Source: Camelus ferus
Lineage: Eukaryota
Length of the DNA: 64,000 nt
Reading direction: 5' to 3'
Assembly: GCF_009834535.1 (NCBI RefSeq)
Contig: NC_045697.1
Location: 2,234,001 to 2,298,000, forward strand
The stretch's first letter is position 1. Every line of letters starts with the position of its first letter. Shown one piece after another: positions 47,513-59,075 of the stretch. The notes under the pieces are model-generated. The model did not search any database, was not told the origin of the DNA, and saw only the letters and a list, made by a program, of their open reading frames with translations. The position numbers and the translations under genes are program-made.

Positions 47513-49914
47513 GTATCTGCCAAGTTTTTTCCTTCAAGAAACCCCGACAGACGTACTGGACACCCTTCAATAGGATGTCCTAGGTACCAGACCCTCATCC
47601 CTCGGTGCCTGGGGCAGCTGCCCTGGTCCCGTCCTCCTGCTCCAGCGTGGGCGGGCGGCCGGCCTGGGTCTCGCCCTGGGCGCCCCTCGCCTGCTCTCCA
47701 CCCTCCCGGCTGCACACTTCTGGGTCTGCCCCAGGCAGCAGCACTGTGAGTCTGAGAACGGCAGTCACACTTGAGGCGAACTTGGCCAGGGCGAGGAGCC
47801 CAAGGTGAGGATCGTCTTCCTCAGTGTCCTGAAGGCCGTGCTGGCTCATGCTCTCCACGCTCGCTTCTGTCAACACCTCCATGTTGCTGTCCTTTGCACG
47901 ACTGCTTCGGTTTCCTCCCATCTCCGAGCCTCTATCCCTGGTCCTCGAAAATGACGTGACGATCAGTCAAGTGTGGGTCTCGTTCCTCTGGTAAGGGACT
48001 CAGCGTCCAAGGTGGCCCCGGGCTTTGGGAATGGCTCTTCTAAATCTCCCTGGGGCACCTCTTCCTTCATCTTCCCTGCTCTTAACTTTCTGGACAGCAG
48101 CATTGCCTGGAGCTGTAGAATCATCCAGGAGCTTCTGAGATGTTCCCTGCTGACCAGGAGGTTAGTTTCATCCTTGGGTCGTGAGCCTGGACAATTTCTC
48201 CCCAAAAGGAGTGATAGCAGGCTCCCAGAACTCAAGACCCACACTCCCTGAGGATGTCACCCCCTGTGGGGTCCCAGAGCCCAGGACAATGCCTGGCGCA
48301 CGAGAGAGGAATGAATGAATGAGTGAGTGAGGTGTGCACCGAGCTTGGCCAAGGCCTCACGACCAGGGTGTGTGACTCTGGCCAGGAGCCCGTGGGGGCC
48401 CTGGAAGTTCCCTGGCAGCACCGTAGGGCTGTCTGGCCTTTGAGCACTGGCTGGACCCCAGCTCCCTCCCGGTTTTCCATCAGGGAGCCGGCCCTGGCCT
48501 CGGGCACATGGACACAAGTTCCGGGGGTCCCCCAGGGTCCTGAGGACAGCAGCCCCTCCCATGAGGTGTGACTCACCCTCGTCTCAGGAGTCACTGCTGC
48601 CGTCAAATGAGTCACCCCAACACACGCACAGCATTTGTCCTTTTTCTTATCAGTGTCTATTTTTAAAACCCCGTCCTTTCGTTTCTGTGGTAATTTGGGG
48701 CCTCTTTTTACTAGAACGGTCAGCTCTTATATGAATTTTATGCTCGTTGAAAATGATGGGCTTAAAATGTTTGTAAAACTCAAGGCTCATTCCAGACACT
48801 GCGCAGAGTGAACGTGGGTGACCGAGGCCTCACCACCCCCGCGGCCCCCGGCCCCGGGCAGGGCTGTGTGCTGGGGGTCGGGCCCGTCCACAGACCCCTG
48901 CTCCGACCAGAGGGGCTTCGTTATGTCCTTGAAGAGACCCAGCTCTGACAAAGCCGCAGCATGGCCTGATTCCCCCTCTGCTAACTGGGGGAGGGGCTTT
49001 CTAGGAAACAGCTTTGGTGCGTTCACGGGGGCTGCTCGCTCTCTGGGAGAGTCCCTGGGCCTCGATCACAGCCCCGTCCCAGTGGACGACACAGCAGACA
49101 CACCTGTGCGCAGCTGGGGGCAGTGGCTCATGCCCCCCGTTCCCACCCTGTCCCTGGAGCCTGGGGGGTCTGGGGGAGCCTGGGGGGCCTGGGGGGCCCG
49201 GGGATGGAGAGCGGACCCTCTGCAGGAGGGCTCATAGCTCTCGGCCCCGGGCCAGCAGGGCTTGGGGGGAACGTGGCCCATGGGGATGAGCTCAGCCCCT
49301 CCCTGAGCCCCAGGACACCCGCGACTCTGGTGTTTGGTGAGCCCCACTGCGTGCCAGCCGCCGCCTCTCTCTCAATTCTCAAGGCCGCCCCGTGGCCGCG
49401 ACCTTCCCCATCGTGTGATTTATGGGGGGGTGCTCTCAGGACAGGGGGAGGAGGGGAGCAGGACCTGGCATAGAAGCCAGAAAGCGGTCTTGGCTGACCC
49501 CTCGGGGAGCAGGTGTGAGAGCTGGGCTGCCCCACTGTAGCCCCAAGGGGTCAGCTGCACGCCAGGCCTGCTGGTACCGGAGGACGGACTCCCTGGGCCG
49601 GTGCCCCTTTTGGTGGAGGGCATCACTCTGGGGACAGAGCAGCTGTGAGTGATCAGCCAACACCGCAGCAGCTAAGGGGGGGCCCCACTGTCTACTCCAC
49701 ATCTATATACATCTCTGAATTCACGTGCAAAAATATGCTTTCTGCTATAAAAATACATATGTACTACTGAAAAATTGGAATGTATAGAAAATTATGAGGG
49801 AAAGAAAGAAAGAAAAAGAAAGAAAAAGAAAGGAATAAAGAAAGAAAGATAAAATGTTGCAGAATTTCTTCATGTAGGAATAACCTATTGATTTTGAGAT
49901 ATATTTTAGTACAG

Positions 49915-50870
49915 CCTTTTAATTTTTTTAAATATTAAACTATATATATATATATATTTTAAGCTTTTAACCCCTTCACTCATTTTTTTCCATCCTCCCC
50001 TCTGCCCCGGTAACCACCAATCTATTCTCTGTATCTATGAACTTGTATTGTTTTTTTGTTTGTTTTTATTTTTATTTTTAGATTCCGCATATGAGTGAGA
50101 CCACATGGTGTTTGTTTCTCTGTCTGACTTACTTCACGTAGCATAATGCCCTCGCGGTCCATCCATGTTGTCACAATTGGCGAGATTTCATTCTTTTTTA
50201 TGGCTGAGTAATATTCCATGTATGTATAGACCACGTCTTTATCCTTTCATCCACTGATGGACACAGGGGTTGCTTTTATGTCTCGGCTGTTGTGAATGAT
50301 GCTTCAATGAACATAGGGGTGCAGATATCTTCCCGAGTTAGTGTTTTTATTTTCTTTGGATAAATATTCAAAAGTGGAATTGCTGGGTCACAGGGTGGTT
50401 CTATTTTTAATTTTTTTGAGAAACCTCCATACTCTTCTCCACAGAAGCTGCACCAGTTTACATTCCCACCAACAGTGCATGAGGATTCCAGTTTCTCCAC
50501 ATCCTTAACAGCCCTTCTACCGTGTGCGAGGCATTAGCTCACTGTGGTTTTGATTTGCGTTTCCCTATAATTAGCGATGTGGAGCATTTTCATGTACCTG
50601 TTGGCCATCTGTACATCTTCTTTCGGAAAAATGTCTATTCAGCTCCTCTGCCCATTTTTCAATTGGATTGTTCGTTTTTTCGCCTTTGAGTTGTACAAGT
50701 TCTTTATGTTTTTTGAGTATTAGCCTTGGAGCGGATATGTTTTGCAAATGTTTGCTCCCATCTGGTAGGTTGCCTTGTCACTTTGTTTTTGGTTCCTTTG
50801 CTGTGCAGAAGGTTTTCAGTTTGATGTAGTCCCACTTGTTTATTTTTGCTTTTGTGCCTTTTCTTCTGTT
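49915..50870 (-). mobile_element. L1MA-like ORF2 C-terminus plus 3'UTR
   Basis: Minus ORFs TVGGNVNWC...[12 protein letters not shown]...ICTPMFI and YTMEYYSAIKKNEI-like. Confidence 0.9.
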
Positions 50871-50949
50871 TTCTTATGTTGTTGCTTTTTGTTTGTGGTT
50901 CTACATTTTAGTTAGTCTTTTATTTGTTTAATGTGTCTTCTGCCCGATG

Positions 50950-51370
50950 ATGTACTACTGAGAACACCCTGCGTGTGGTGACTTTAAGGCATAATTGAAA
51001 AGATAGTACGATGACATGAGGCAGAGACTGATAAGTGGTGAGAGTGGCTATGATCTGTCCCTGGGAGAATTATTGCCTTTTGATGCAAAAACAACCTATG
51101 ACTCCTGTCATTAAATATAAGTTAGAACATCACTGGCAGGAAGTCGTTACTCGAGTGCCGTGGCAATAAAAATGGACATGACGTGACTCAGTGTAATTGT
51201 TTTTTAAGGGTAAAAACCAAAATATTCTGATCAGTAATTGTTCCTGATGGGGTGCCCTTGCCTCCCAATGGCTCAGAGATTGAAGAATCTGGCACCAGGT
51301 TGAAAAATAAGGTATCATTGGATGTGGAAGGAAATTCTCTCTGAAGTGCAAGGTCAGGTGTCAGGATGAA
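50950..51370 (+). pseudogene. Putative decayed Gypsy/GIN-type integrase zinc-binding (H2C2) domain
   Basis: Manual translation across frameshifts: LFFKGKNQNIL / SVIVPD / RIWHQVEK / RYHWMWKEI / LKCKVRCQ; many stops. Confidence 0.4.
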
Positions 51371-53169
51371 CCATACATTATTTTAACCTAGAAGAGGACA
51401 ACGTCAAGTGGTCAGAAGCACATTTGGTAAAAAGTGCCGAGAGTCAGTGCAGAGAAGTGGACGGCCGAGCGGCACCAGCCTCACCGACCACGTGCTCCCA
51501 CTGGGGCCCCAGCCCGGGGTTGGAGGACTGCATTCTTAGCTTTGCAATCATCCCTCAGTGGGTGGGGCTTATCTGCAAATGGGTCTTTCCAGGAGGCTGT
51601 TGGTGAGAAAGACAACGTGTCTGCTGTTACTCCCGGAAGCCCTTCTGATCTTGGGGACAGGAAGACAACCAGGCTGGGAACGGGGTTCCTGGGTCCTTTT
51701 CCCGACCTCCCCTGATGGCGTTTGTTTCTCCGCCTGCTGCGTACGGCACGGTGATTCTGGGTCAGGGACCTGTGCGGGTCTGGGTTCTCTTTTGAATCGG
51801 TTTGTTTATCCGTGTGTCCACGACCCTGGCCCGTCTCCCCAGTGCCTGTGCCACCAGCCGCAGGCATCCGCTGCAGGTCACTGTTTGTCCCCCAGTTGCT
51901 CTGCCTGCCTCCTCGGAGCTCTGCCCCTCCCCGTTGGACCTCAGCATCCCTTCTGGTCAAGGTCTCGCATCTCCCCCTTCCATCCGTCCCGCACCCCTGA
52001 TTTTGTTTTCTCCTGTGTTGGTTCTGCATCCTTCTGGTTCCGGGGCGGTGCCGCCACCACCAGCTTTGCCCTCACATTAGCCCCTCTCTGTGTTGTCCAC
52101 CGGGTCTCGCCTGCATCCCTCCGAAGGTTCCCAAAACTGCACCTCTGGCTCCCGTGACTAGCCATCTTCAGGGCACAGCTTCCTCCGAGGCTCCTAAGAC
52201 GAGGTTCTGTCCGCCTTGACCTGCGGTGTTTTCCAAAGGCCCTGCGCTGGTGCCTTTTCTATTCCTGGTCCTTGGGTGAGAGAGAAACGGCCCAGACAGT
52301 TTGTCCACACTCAGGTGCACGGAAGGCCCTCGGCCCGGGGGTAGGACAGTCTCACCCCTTCGTCGGGCTTGGCTGTGCAGCTCCCGGGAGACACAGTCTG
52401 GGCTGGCTCTGCGGGGAGCCCGGGTCCTACCTGCTGGGTGGACGGAGCACATGGTCAGGGTGGCTGCTCTGGACTGCAGGGCCATCGGGGCTCTCCCTGC
52501 CTGTCACATGGCGGGGCCTCTGGAGTCTGCAGGCGGACCTGCATCCCCGTTCAGGCCCGTCACCCAGTATCCGCTCTTACGGGTGAACGTTCCGTCTCAC
52601 TGCTCATAGCACAGTGTCTCCGCCTCGGTGGACTCCACCCTCGCTGAGACGCACCTGTGACACGGGGGTGGGAGGACCCGTTGCCATGGGCGTTTGTGTG
52701 GGGTGGGGCGTGAGGGCTGATTCAGACGGTGCCCGGCACCAGGGGGCTCTGGTGGCTCACCTATTCCTCCCGGGGGGGCCGGCCGCCCACCTGGCTCCTG
52801 GTCCCTCCTGGGATGCGGCCCCTTCCTGCGGCCGCCCGCTGTCACTGCCTGGGGTGGGTTCGGCTCTCCACGTGTGCTGGGCTCGGTTCTACTCTGAGCT
52901 CTTCCCCGTGTGTGTTTTTGCCGCTCAGCCCCTTCCCGGACCCGAGCTGGAGCTCACCCCTCCCCAGCAGCCCACCCATCCCTCAGGCTTCCTCCACACT
53001 TCCTGGTGCCCCTTGCCCCGCCCCCCAGCACTCTCCCCTCTGCGCCTTCATCGCCCCTGTCCTGGCCTGCCTCCCCCATCAGACCACAAGTCCCCAGAGC
53101 AGGGCTGGCTCCCGGCGGCACCCTCAGCAACCAGCAGCCAGTCTGCCTTGTGGGGGCCTGTGAACGCAC

Positions 53170-53570
53170 TTTTTAAAAAAATGTTAATTGTGGTGAAAAC
53201 TCATAACTTGAAATTTACTGCTCTCATCATCTTAAGGGGACCGTTGAAGCGCCCGGTTCGGTGGCATTAAGTACATTCACATCATTGTGCAGCCGTCACC
53301 ACCACCTGCAACTCTTCATCCTGGAAATCAGAAACTGTCCCTGTGAGACACTCGCGCCTGTCTCCTCCCTCCTGCGGCCCCGGCACCCCCCGTTCTACTT
53401 TCTGTCCCTATGAACCTGACTCCTGTAGGGACCGTGAGCGGAATCATGTCGGATTTGTCCTTTTGTGTCTGGGTTCTTTTTCTTTTTTCACGCAGCATAA
53501 TGTCTTTAAGGTCCTTCCATGTTGTGGCATGAGTCAGAATTTCCTTTCTTTTAAGGCTGAATGTATATGA
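53170..53570 (-). mobile_element. L1MB-like 3' end
   Basis: aattgtggtgaaaactcataac...gtggcattaagtacattcacatcattgtgcagcc; minus ORF KRKEILTHATTWKDLKDIML. Confidence 0.85.
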
Positions 53571-54268
53571 ATTGCATAATATATGCACAATACACTGAAT
53601 GCATTTTCGTTGTTTGCACACAGCCCCCTGAGATCAGCTTAGCCTCTGCTCGCACCCTCCCAGGGATGGGGAGCTCACACGTCCCTGGCAGCTCCTGTGC
53701 TTAGCCTGCTCTCTATCTGCTGAGCTGGTCCTGGCGCCGCGCTCTGGGGTCAAGGAGACGTCTGCTCCTCCTGCCCTGTCACCGTCCTTCACGCCCTGAG
53801 TCACTGAGGCTGCTCCGCTGTGGTCAGCCCGAGGCACCGGGGTGGGCAGGCTCAGGCCCTGCCAGCCGCCCGGGGACACAGAGGCCTCGGCTGGCTCCCC
53901 CAGCCCCGTGCTGGTGTCCTGAGCAAGCTGATGAGCCTGTGGGTTTGCTTGAGGCCGACTGGGGACCACGGAGCACGTTCCGTCTGGACTTTACTCCACA
54001 CTCTGAAAGGCCTGTGGACAGAGCTGCAAGGTCGCCACCGGCCAGCCAGGGTCACCTGCGTGCTGGTGGTGAGTGTCACAGGCACCTGAGCATCCCAGGA
54101 GCATCTCTAATGCCAGCGCCAGGAGCCCCGTGGCCTGTGGGGGCAACTGAGAGGGAGGGGGCTCAGCTCCTCCGAAGTCAGATGGTGAGAGTGCCGCCTC
54201 TGGGAGCATTCAAGAGGATTCTGGGGGCACCGTGGTTCCTGCCTTTGGGTGGCAGTCAGCGAGGGTGG

Positions 54269-54680
54269 TGTCACGGGTTGAAGAGTGGCCTCTCACCAAA
54301 TATGTCCACATTCCAGCCCCTGAACCTGCCAGTGGGATCTTATTTGGAAAAGAGTCTAGATAGATGTTAAGGATCTAAAAATGAGGTCACTCTGGATTAT
54401 CCAGATGAGCCCTAAATCCAATGACAAGTGTCCTTATAAGAGAGGAGAGGAGAAGCCACAGCCACAGGGGAGGGGGCCATGGGATGACAGGGGCGGGGAT
54501 TGAGGTTATGCAGCCTGGAGCCCCCAGGAGCTGGAAGAGGCGGGAAGGACCCTCCCCTGGAGCCTCCAGAAGGAGCGCAGCCCTGCTGACTTTGGACTCG
54601 TGGCACCCAGAGCTGTGAGGGAGCTAATTCTGGTTGCTCTAAGCCTGCCAGTGTGTGGTCCTTTGTGGTGGCCCTGAGAG
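54269..54680 (+). mobile_element. MaLR LTR (MLT1C/D-like)
   Basis: tgtcacgggttgaa...cttatttggaaa...ctggattatccagatgagccctaaatccaatgacaagtgtccttataagaga. Confidence 0.88.
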
Positions 54681-56393
54681 GCCTCCCTGGGCCGGGGTCC
54701 CCACCTCCCACCGTCCTGGGGCCGGGCTAGGGAGGAAGCCTCCGAAGGGGCTTCCCCAGGGCCCTGCGCCCAGCAGGGAGCCGTGTGGGAGGAGCACAGT
54801 GGCTCCAGAACATTCCAAAAGGTGGCAGTTTGTCATCCCCGGTTAAACATAGGTCGCCATGCTGGGCTCAGAACCCTGGAGCTGGGCCCCCCCGCTGAGC
54901 CACGCGGGGGCGGGGAGTGTCAGTCAGTGGGCCCCACCCGCCGCCCTCTGGTGCTTCTGCGGTCCTCCCTCCGGGGCTGCCGGGAAGGGAAAGGACTCAC
55001 AGCAACCTCAGCCTAATCACTTCTGAAAAACGACTGCATGACAGGATGTTTTGCAAGACATCAAATGATGTGGAAAACCAGGCGATGCCACTCGCCCCCA
55101 GGGCCAAGTGAGGTCGGAGGTCTGAGGTCAGAGTGTGCTGGAGGGAGGGCGAGGCCTGGGGCTCTGTGACCTCGGGCAGCGGCCCCTCCCTGGGCTTGAC
55201 TGGGCAGCTGGGAGCCTGTCCCCGGATCTGTCTTCTGTGCCGCCGTGTGAAGGACGGCTGCTGGGCCCAGCCAGACTGGGCAGGTGAAGACGTGACCACT
55301 GGTAAATGAAGATGGCTGGTGGGTCAGAGAGAAGCAGCAGGAAGAGCCAATGCTCCGAAGCTTGTTGCGGGCCCCAGACTGGCGTTGCGTGTACCGATGC
55401 GTCCACCTGCGGGACGCCCGCAGGAGGGGCCCGATATGGGCGGCTGGGGTGTGGGGAGGGGGCTCCTCCAGAGGTGCTGAGTGGGGGGGTGGGGTCTTGG
55501 GAGGAGTCTGACCTCAAGCAGAGCACTGCTCCCCCCCCCGAGCCTCAGTTTCCCCTCTGTGCACAGAGGCCTTGGGCTCCATCCCTGTGCCCCCCCAACT
55601 TTGGTCTACAGCACAATTTACAGATTGCTGGCCTGGGGCCCAGATCCTTTTGCTCCTGCTGGCTGGTGAGAAGCACTGCAGAACCCCCATCCCCCAGGAC
55701 CCCTCATTTCTCCACCAGGCATCTGCCAGGTACCCCACCTTAACACTGTCAGAGAGTGGCTGGTCTCTTCTGCAGTCTGCCGCATGGGGGCTCCACCCGG
55801 AACCCTGGACTGAACCTCAGTCCCTCCCACACCCAGCCCCACACCTGGCCGTCAGTGGTCTCAACTTTAAACGTCCCTGTTTCTCACCTCCTCCATCCAT
55901 CAGCTTGGCCCTCTCCACCTTCACTTCTGCCTGGACTGCTCCACGTGGCCTGAACCTGGCCCTCCAGTCTCCCAGGCCACCTGCCATCCATCCAGATGAT
56001 GGCTGGAGAGAGCGTCACTCCAGGGGGACAAATCCCTGACTTGGGGCTCCAGGCCTTGATCAGAGGAAGAAGCATCGGTGGCTCAGTGGCTGGCTCACAG
56101 CTGAGCTCACCTGCTTCAGGACCTTTGCACCTGCTGCTCGGCTCTGATTTCACACAACCTCTGTTCCCCTCGGTAGGTCCCTAAGCCGACTGCCTCCGTC
56201 AGCAAGGTCGTCCCTCCCTCTGATCCTGCTGCCGCCAGTGCCCACTCCTGCCGGGGCTCCCCTGCTGGCCTTGTTACTGTTCGTTTAGGTCTCCGAGCCC
56301 CAGGCCCAGGGAGCCTGCCTCCTGCGGGCTGCAGCATCTTTGGCAACTAGAACGGTGTCTGCAGATCAAAACGGTCTTCACAAACCCTTGTTT

Positions 56394-56541
56394 ATTTATT
56401 TCCTATTGTGTTATTTAATTGGTTTATTTTGGTGGGGGGGGTAATTAGGTTTATTTATTTTTAGAGTTGGTACTGGGGATTGAATCCAGGACCTCATGCA
56501 TGCTAATCATGTGATCTACCCCTGAGCTACACACCCACCTC
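56394..56541 (-). mobile_element. tRNA-derived SINE (camelid type)
   Basis: ggtactggggattgaatccaggacctcatgcatgcta...tgagctaca (B and A boxes on minus strand); TSD cacaaacccttgttt (56379-56393) / cacaaacgcttgctt (56542-56556). Confidence 0.92.
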
Positions 56542-58902
56542 CACAAACGCTTGCTTAATGAGCAGCATGTGTGGTTGGAGAAATGAGAGGTCCCAGCAGG
56601 AGGAGCCCCTGGGTGTGGCCTAACCCAGGCCTGGCGGGTGACTGAAGGGGAAACAGAGGCCCTGGGGGAGGAACGTGAGTGTCCTCCCCTGGGCTCCCAC
56701 CTGTGTCCTCGTGGGTCCGCCCTGCCAAGTGGGGACAGGTTTCCATTTTCCAAGGGAGAAACTGGCCCATGTGACACGGTTGACTCCTCGCCGTCCCTCT
56801 GGAAGCTCCAAAGACCGGGCTCTTTCTGCTGCCCTACAGGTCGGCAGGTCATCCGGGATGCTTGCAGGTACTTGGGAGGCGCTGGCATGGCCAGGTCAGC
56901 CTCCAGGAAGAATGGAGAGAGGTCCCCGCAGGTTCTGGCATGTTCCGAGGTGCCTCCTTGGAAGAGGACCCTGGTCCCCTGGCCTGGCCCGAGGAGGCTG
57001 CCCACCTGTGCAAAAGCTGGTGTGGCCCAGACCCGTGTTCCTTCCGGTTCTGGAACAGCTTCTCCCCCCGTCATGTCTGCTGCTCTGGGCAGCTCTCCCA
57101 GCCCCTGAGAGTTCCTGTCCAGGGACAAACACAACTCGGACACCTGCTGGCCCTCTGGCTGCCCTGGCAGGTCCCAGCGGAGGGGGGGCCTCCTGCCACG
57201 TGGCTGTAGGTGTTTTGAAGGGGGACTTGCTGCTGCCTCAGGATCCTGGGTGACCCCCAAGACCTGCTCCTCCTCTGGGGACCCCTAGTGCATAAGAAGA
57301 GCGTGGCTCGAAGCTGGCGGGCCCCTCACTGTCTCTGAGCCTGGGTCTTGTCGTCTGTGCTCCCAGCCTGGGGGTGTAAGGCCTGCCCTGCCCTGTCCTG
57401 CCCTCCTGACCTCATAAGTCACCCCCTAACGGGTCCCACTCCTGCCTCCTCAGATCCCAGTGTGACCCCGACCCTCCAGGGGTAAAGGCTGACATAGTCA
57501 CTCAGCAGGGTCCTCTGCCCTTCTCTGCGAGGAGGGCCCAGGCTCGGGGTGAGTGACCAAGCAGGCCCCCTGTGCAGATACTGACCCCCCACTGCCCACT
57601 GTGGCATCAGTGTGAGTCCCTTCCAGTTGAAGACCTCGGCCTCTGTGGTCCTGCCCCTTTCTCTCTGCACCCACCTACCCTGGTCTAGCCTGCCCCTGAG
57701 TCCTGCCCCTCTGCCTCACCTACTCATCCTAAGCAGAGCCCTCCCACAGCCAGACAAGCCCCCTCCCAGGTGACCTCAAGTCCTTTGCACAGGCCCCTCC
57801 CCCAGCCCTCTTCCCCTTTCCAGGGTATAAACCAGGTCACGTTCATACCTCCCCTGAGGAAAACCTCTCTCGTCCTCCGGCCCCACATAGAACCCAGCCG
57901 CAGGCCCCCGGCCCCCTGCCCGCCTCCGCCCACTGAGCCGCAGGGCCCTCTTCCTGCCTCGCTCCTCCCCTGCCTGGGCCTGGTCCCCCTGCTCCCCCAC
58001 CAGGCCCTGCCTTTGCGGTTCTCCTGCCTGGAGCATGCCAGGCCCAGTCCCCACAGACACCCGCTCTGCGCCCCCTCCTGCATCCCTCCACGTGGGCCCC
58101 ACCCACCCCTCTATGCACCTTAACCTGTTTTGTCGCACTTGCAGGCCTTTATCACTCCTGCAGTGCCCCCGTGTCCACCTTCACCAGGCGCGTGCTTCCC
58201 ATTAGGACCCAGACCCCAGGGCGGGGCTCCTGCGACCCCCCCTCTCCTCTGACCCATCCTTAGCCAATCCCGTCTCTACGATTTGATCCCAAATCTGAAA
58301 GGGCCCCATCCCCCCCACCTTCCCGGACCCAGGTCCAGGCTCTGATCTGATGACCCTGAAAGGCCCCTGGCTTTGCTCTGAGTGAACAAAGATCCCAGGT
58401 GGGGGATAGGTTACAGCAGAGATACGAGGGGTGTGGCTCAAGACGTGCTCTGGTGAACCTGTCACGGCTCAGCCACCCAGGATCAGTCGTGGCCCTTCTG
58501 TCTTCACATGTGCCACGTGCCCTCCAGTGTCTGTGTGGAGAGGTCATGAGTCTAGTCCAGCCTCTCGAGAGGAAGAAACTGAGGCAGAGAGTGGCATGAT
58601 CCGACTGCCACCCCGGGTTCATCACTCCTGGCGGCGGGCGGGGCTGGGCTGCTGGCCTTCTGATTGGGTCAGGGCTGCGTCTCACCGTCTTTGCTCCTGT
58701 CAGTATGCATGGCGTTGGGGTCTGACATGCAACCCCTGGGGTGGGGGGAAGTTTTACCAGAGCCGTGGGCAGGTCTGTGTCACCCCCAGGAGGCGGCTCT
58801 AACGGGGATCTCAGACACCGGGGTCACAGGCGTGGCTGGTGGGGCCTCACTCGCATGCCTGCTTCCATCACCCGCGTGGGAGGTGCAGGGATGTCCCCAG
58901 CC

Positions 58903-59075
58903 CAGGGTCTGCAAGCATCCTTTGTGAGGGACCAGATAATAAGTATTTTGCGCTTTCGGGCCAGTCTCTGCTGCAACTGTTGCTGCGGTGCGAATGCAGC
59001 CACGGACAACCCATAAGAGAGTGGGCGCGGCTGTTGTCAGCACAGCTTCATCTGCACCACGGAGCTCCAGCCCAG
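58903..59075. mobile_element. MER58A-like hAT-Charlie fragment
   Basis: cagggtctgcaa...ggaccagataataagtattttgcgcttt...gcagccacggacaa...gtgggcgcggctgt. Confidence 0.8.

Noticed and set aside
52737..52752. CTCF-like motifs (gcaccagggggctc here; ccaccaagtggcag at ~17401)
   Set aside because: Mismatches at core positions; such matches are common by chance in GC-rich DNA
56460..56541. tRNA gene (also 7390-7466)
   Set aside because: tRNA-like head is followed by an AT-rich tail and flanked by TSDs, so these are SINEs
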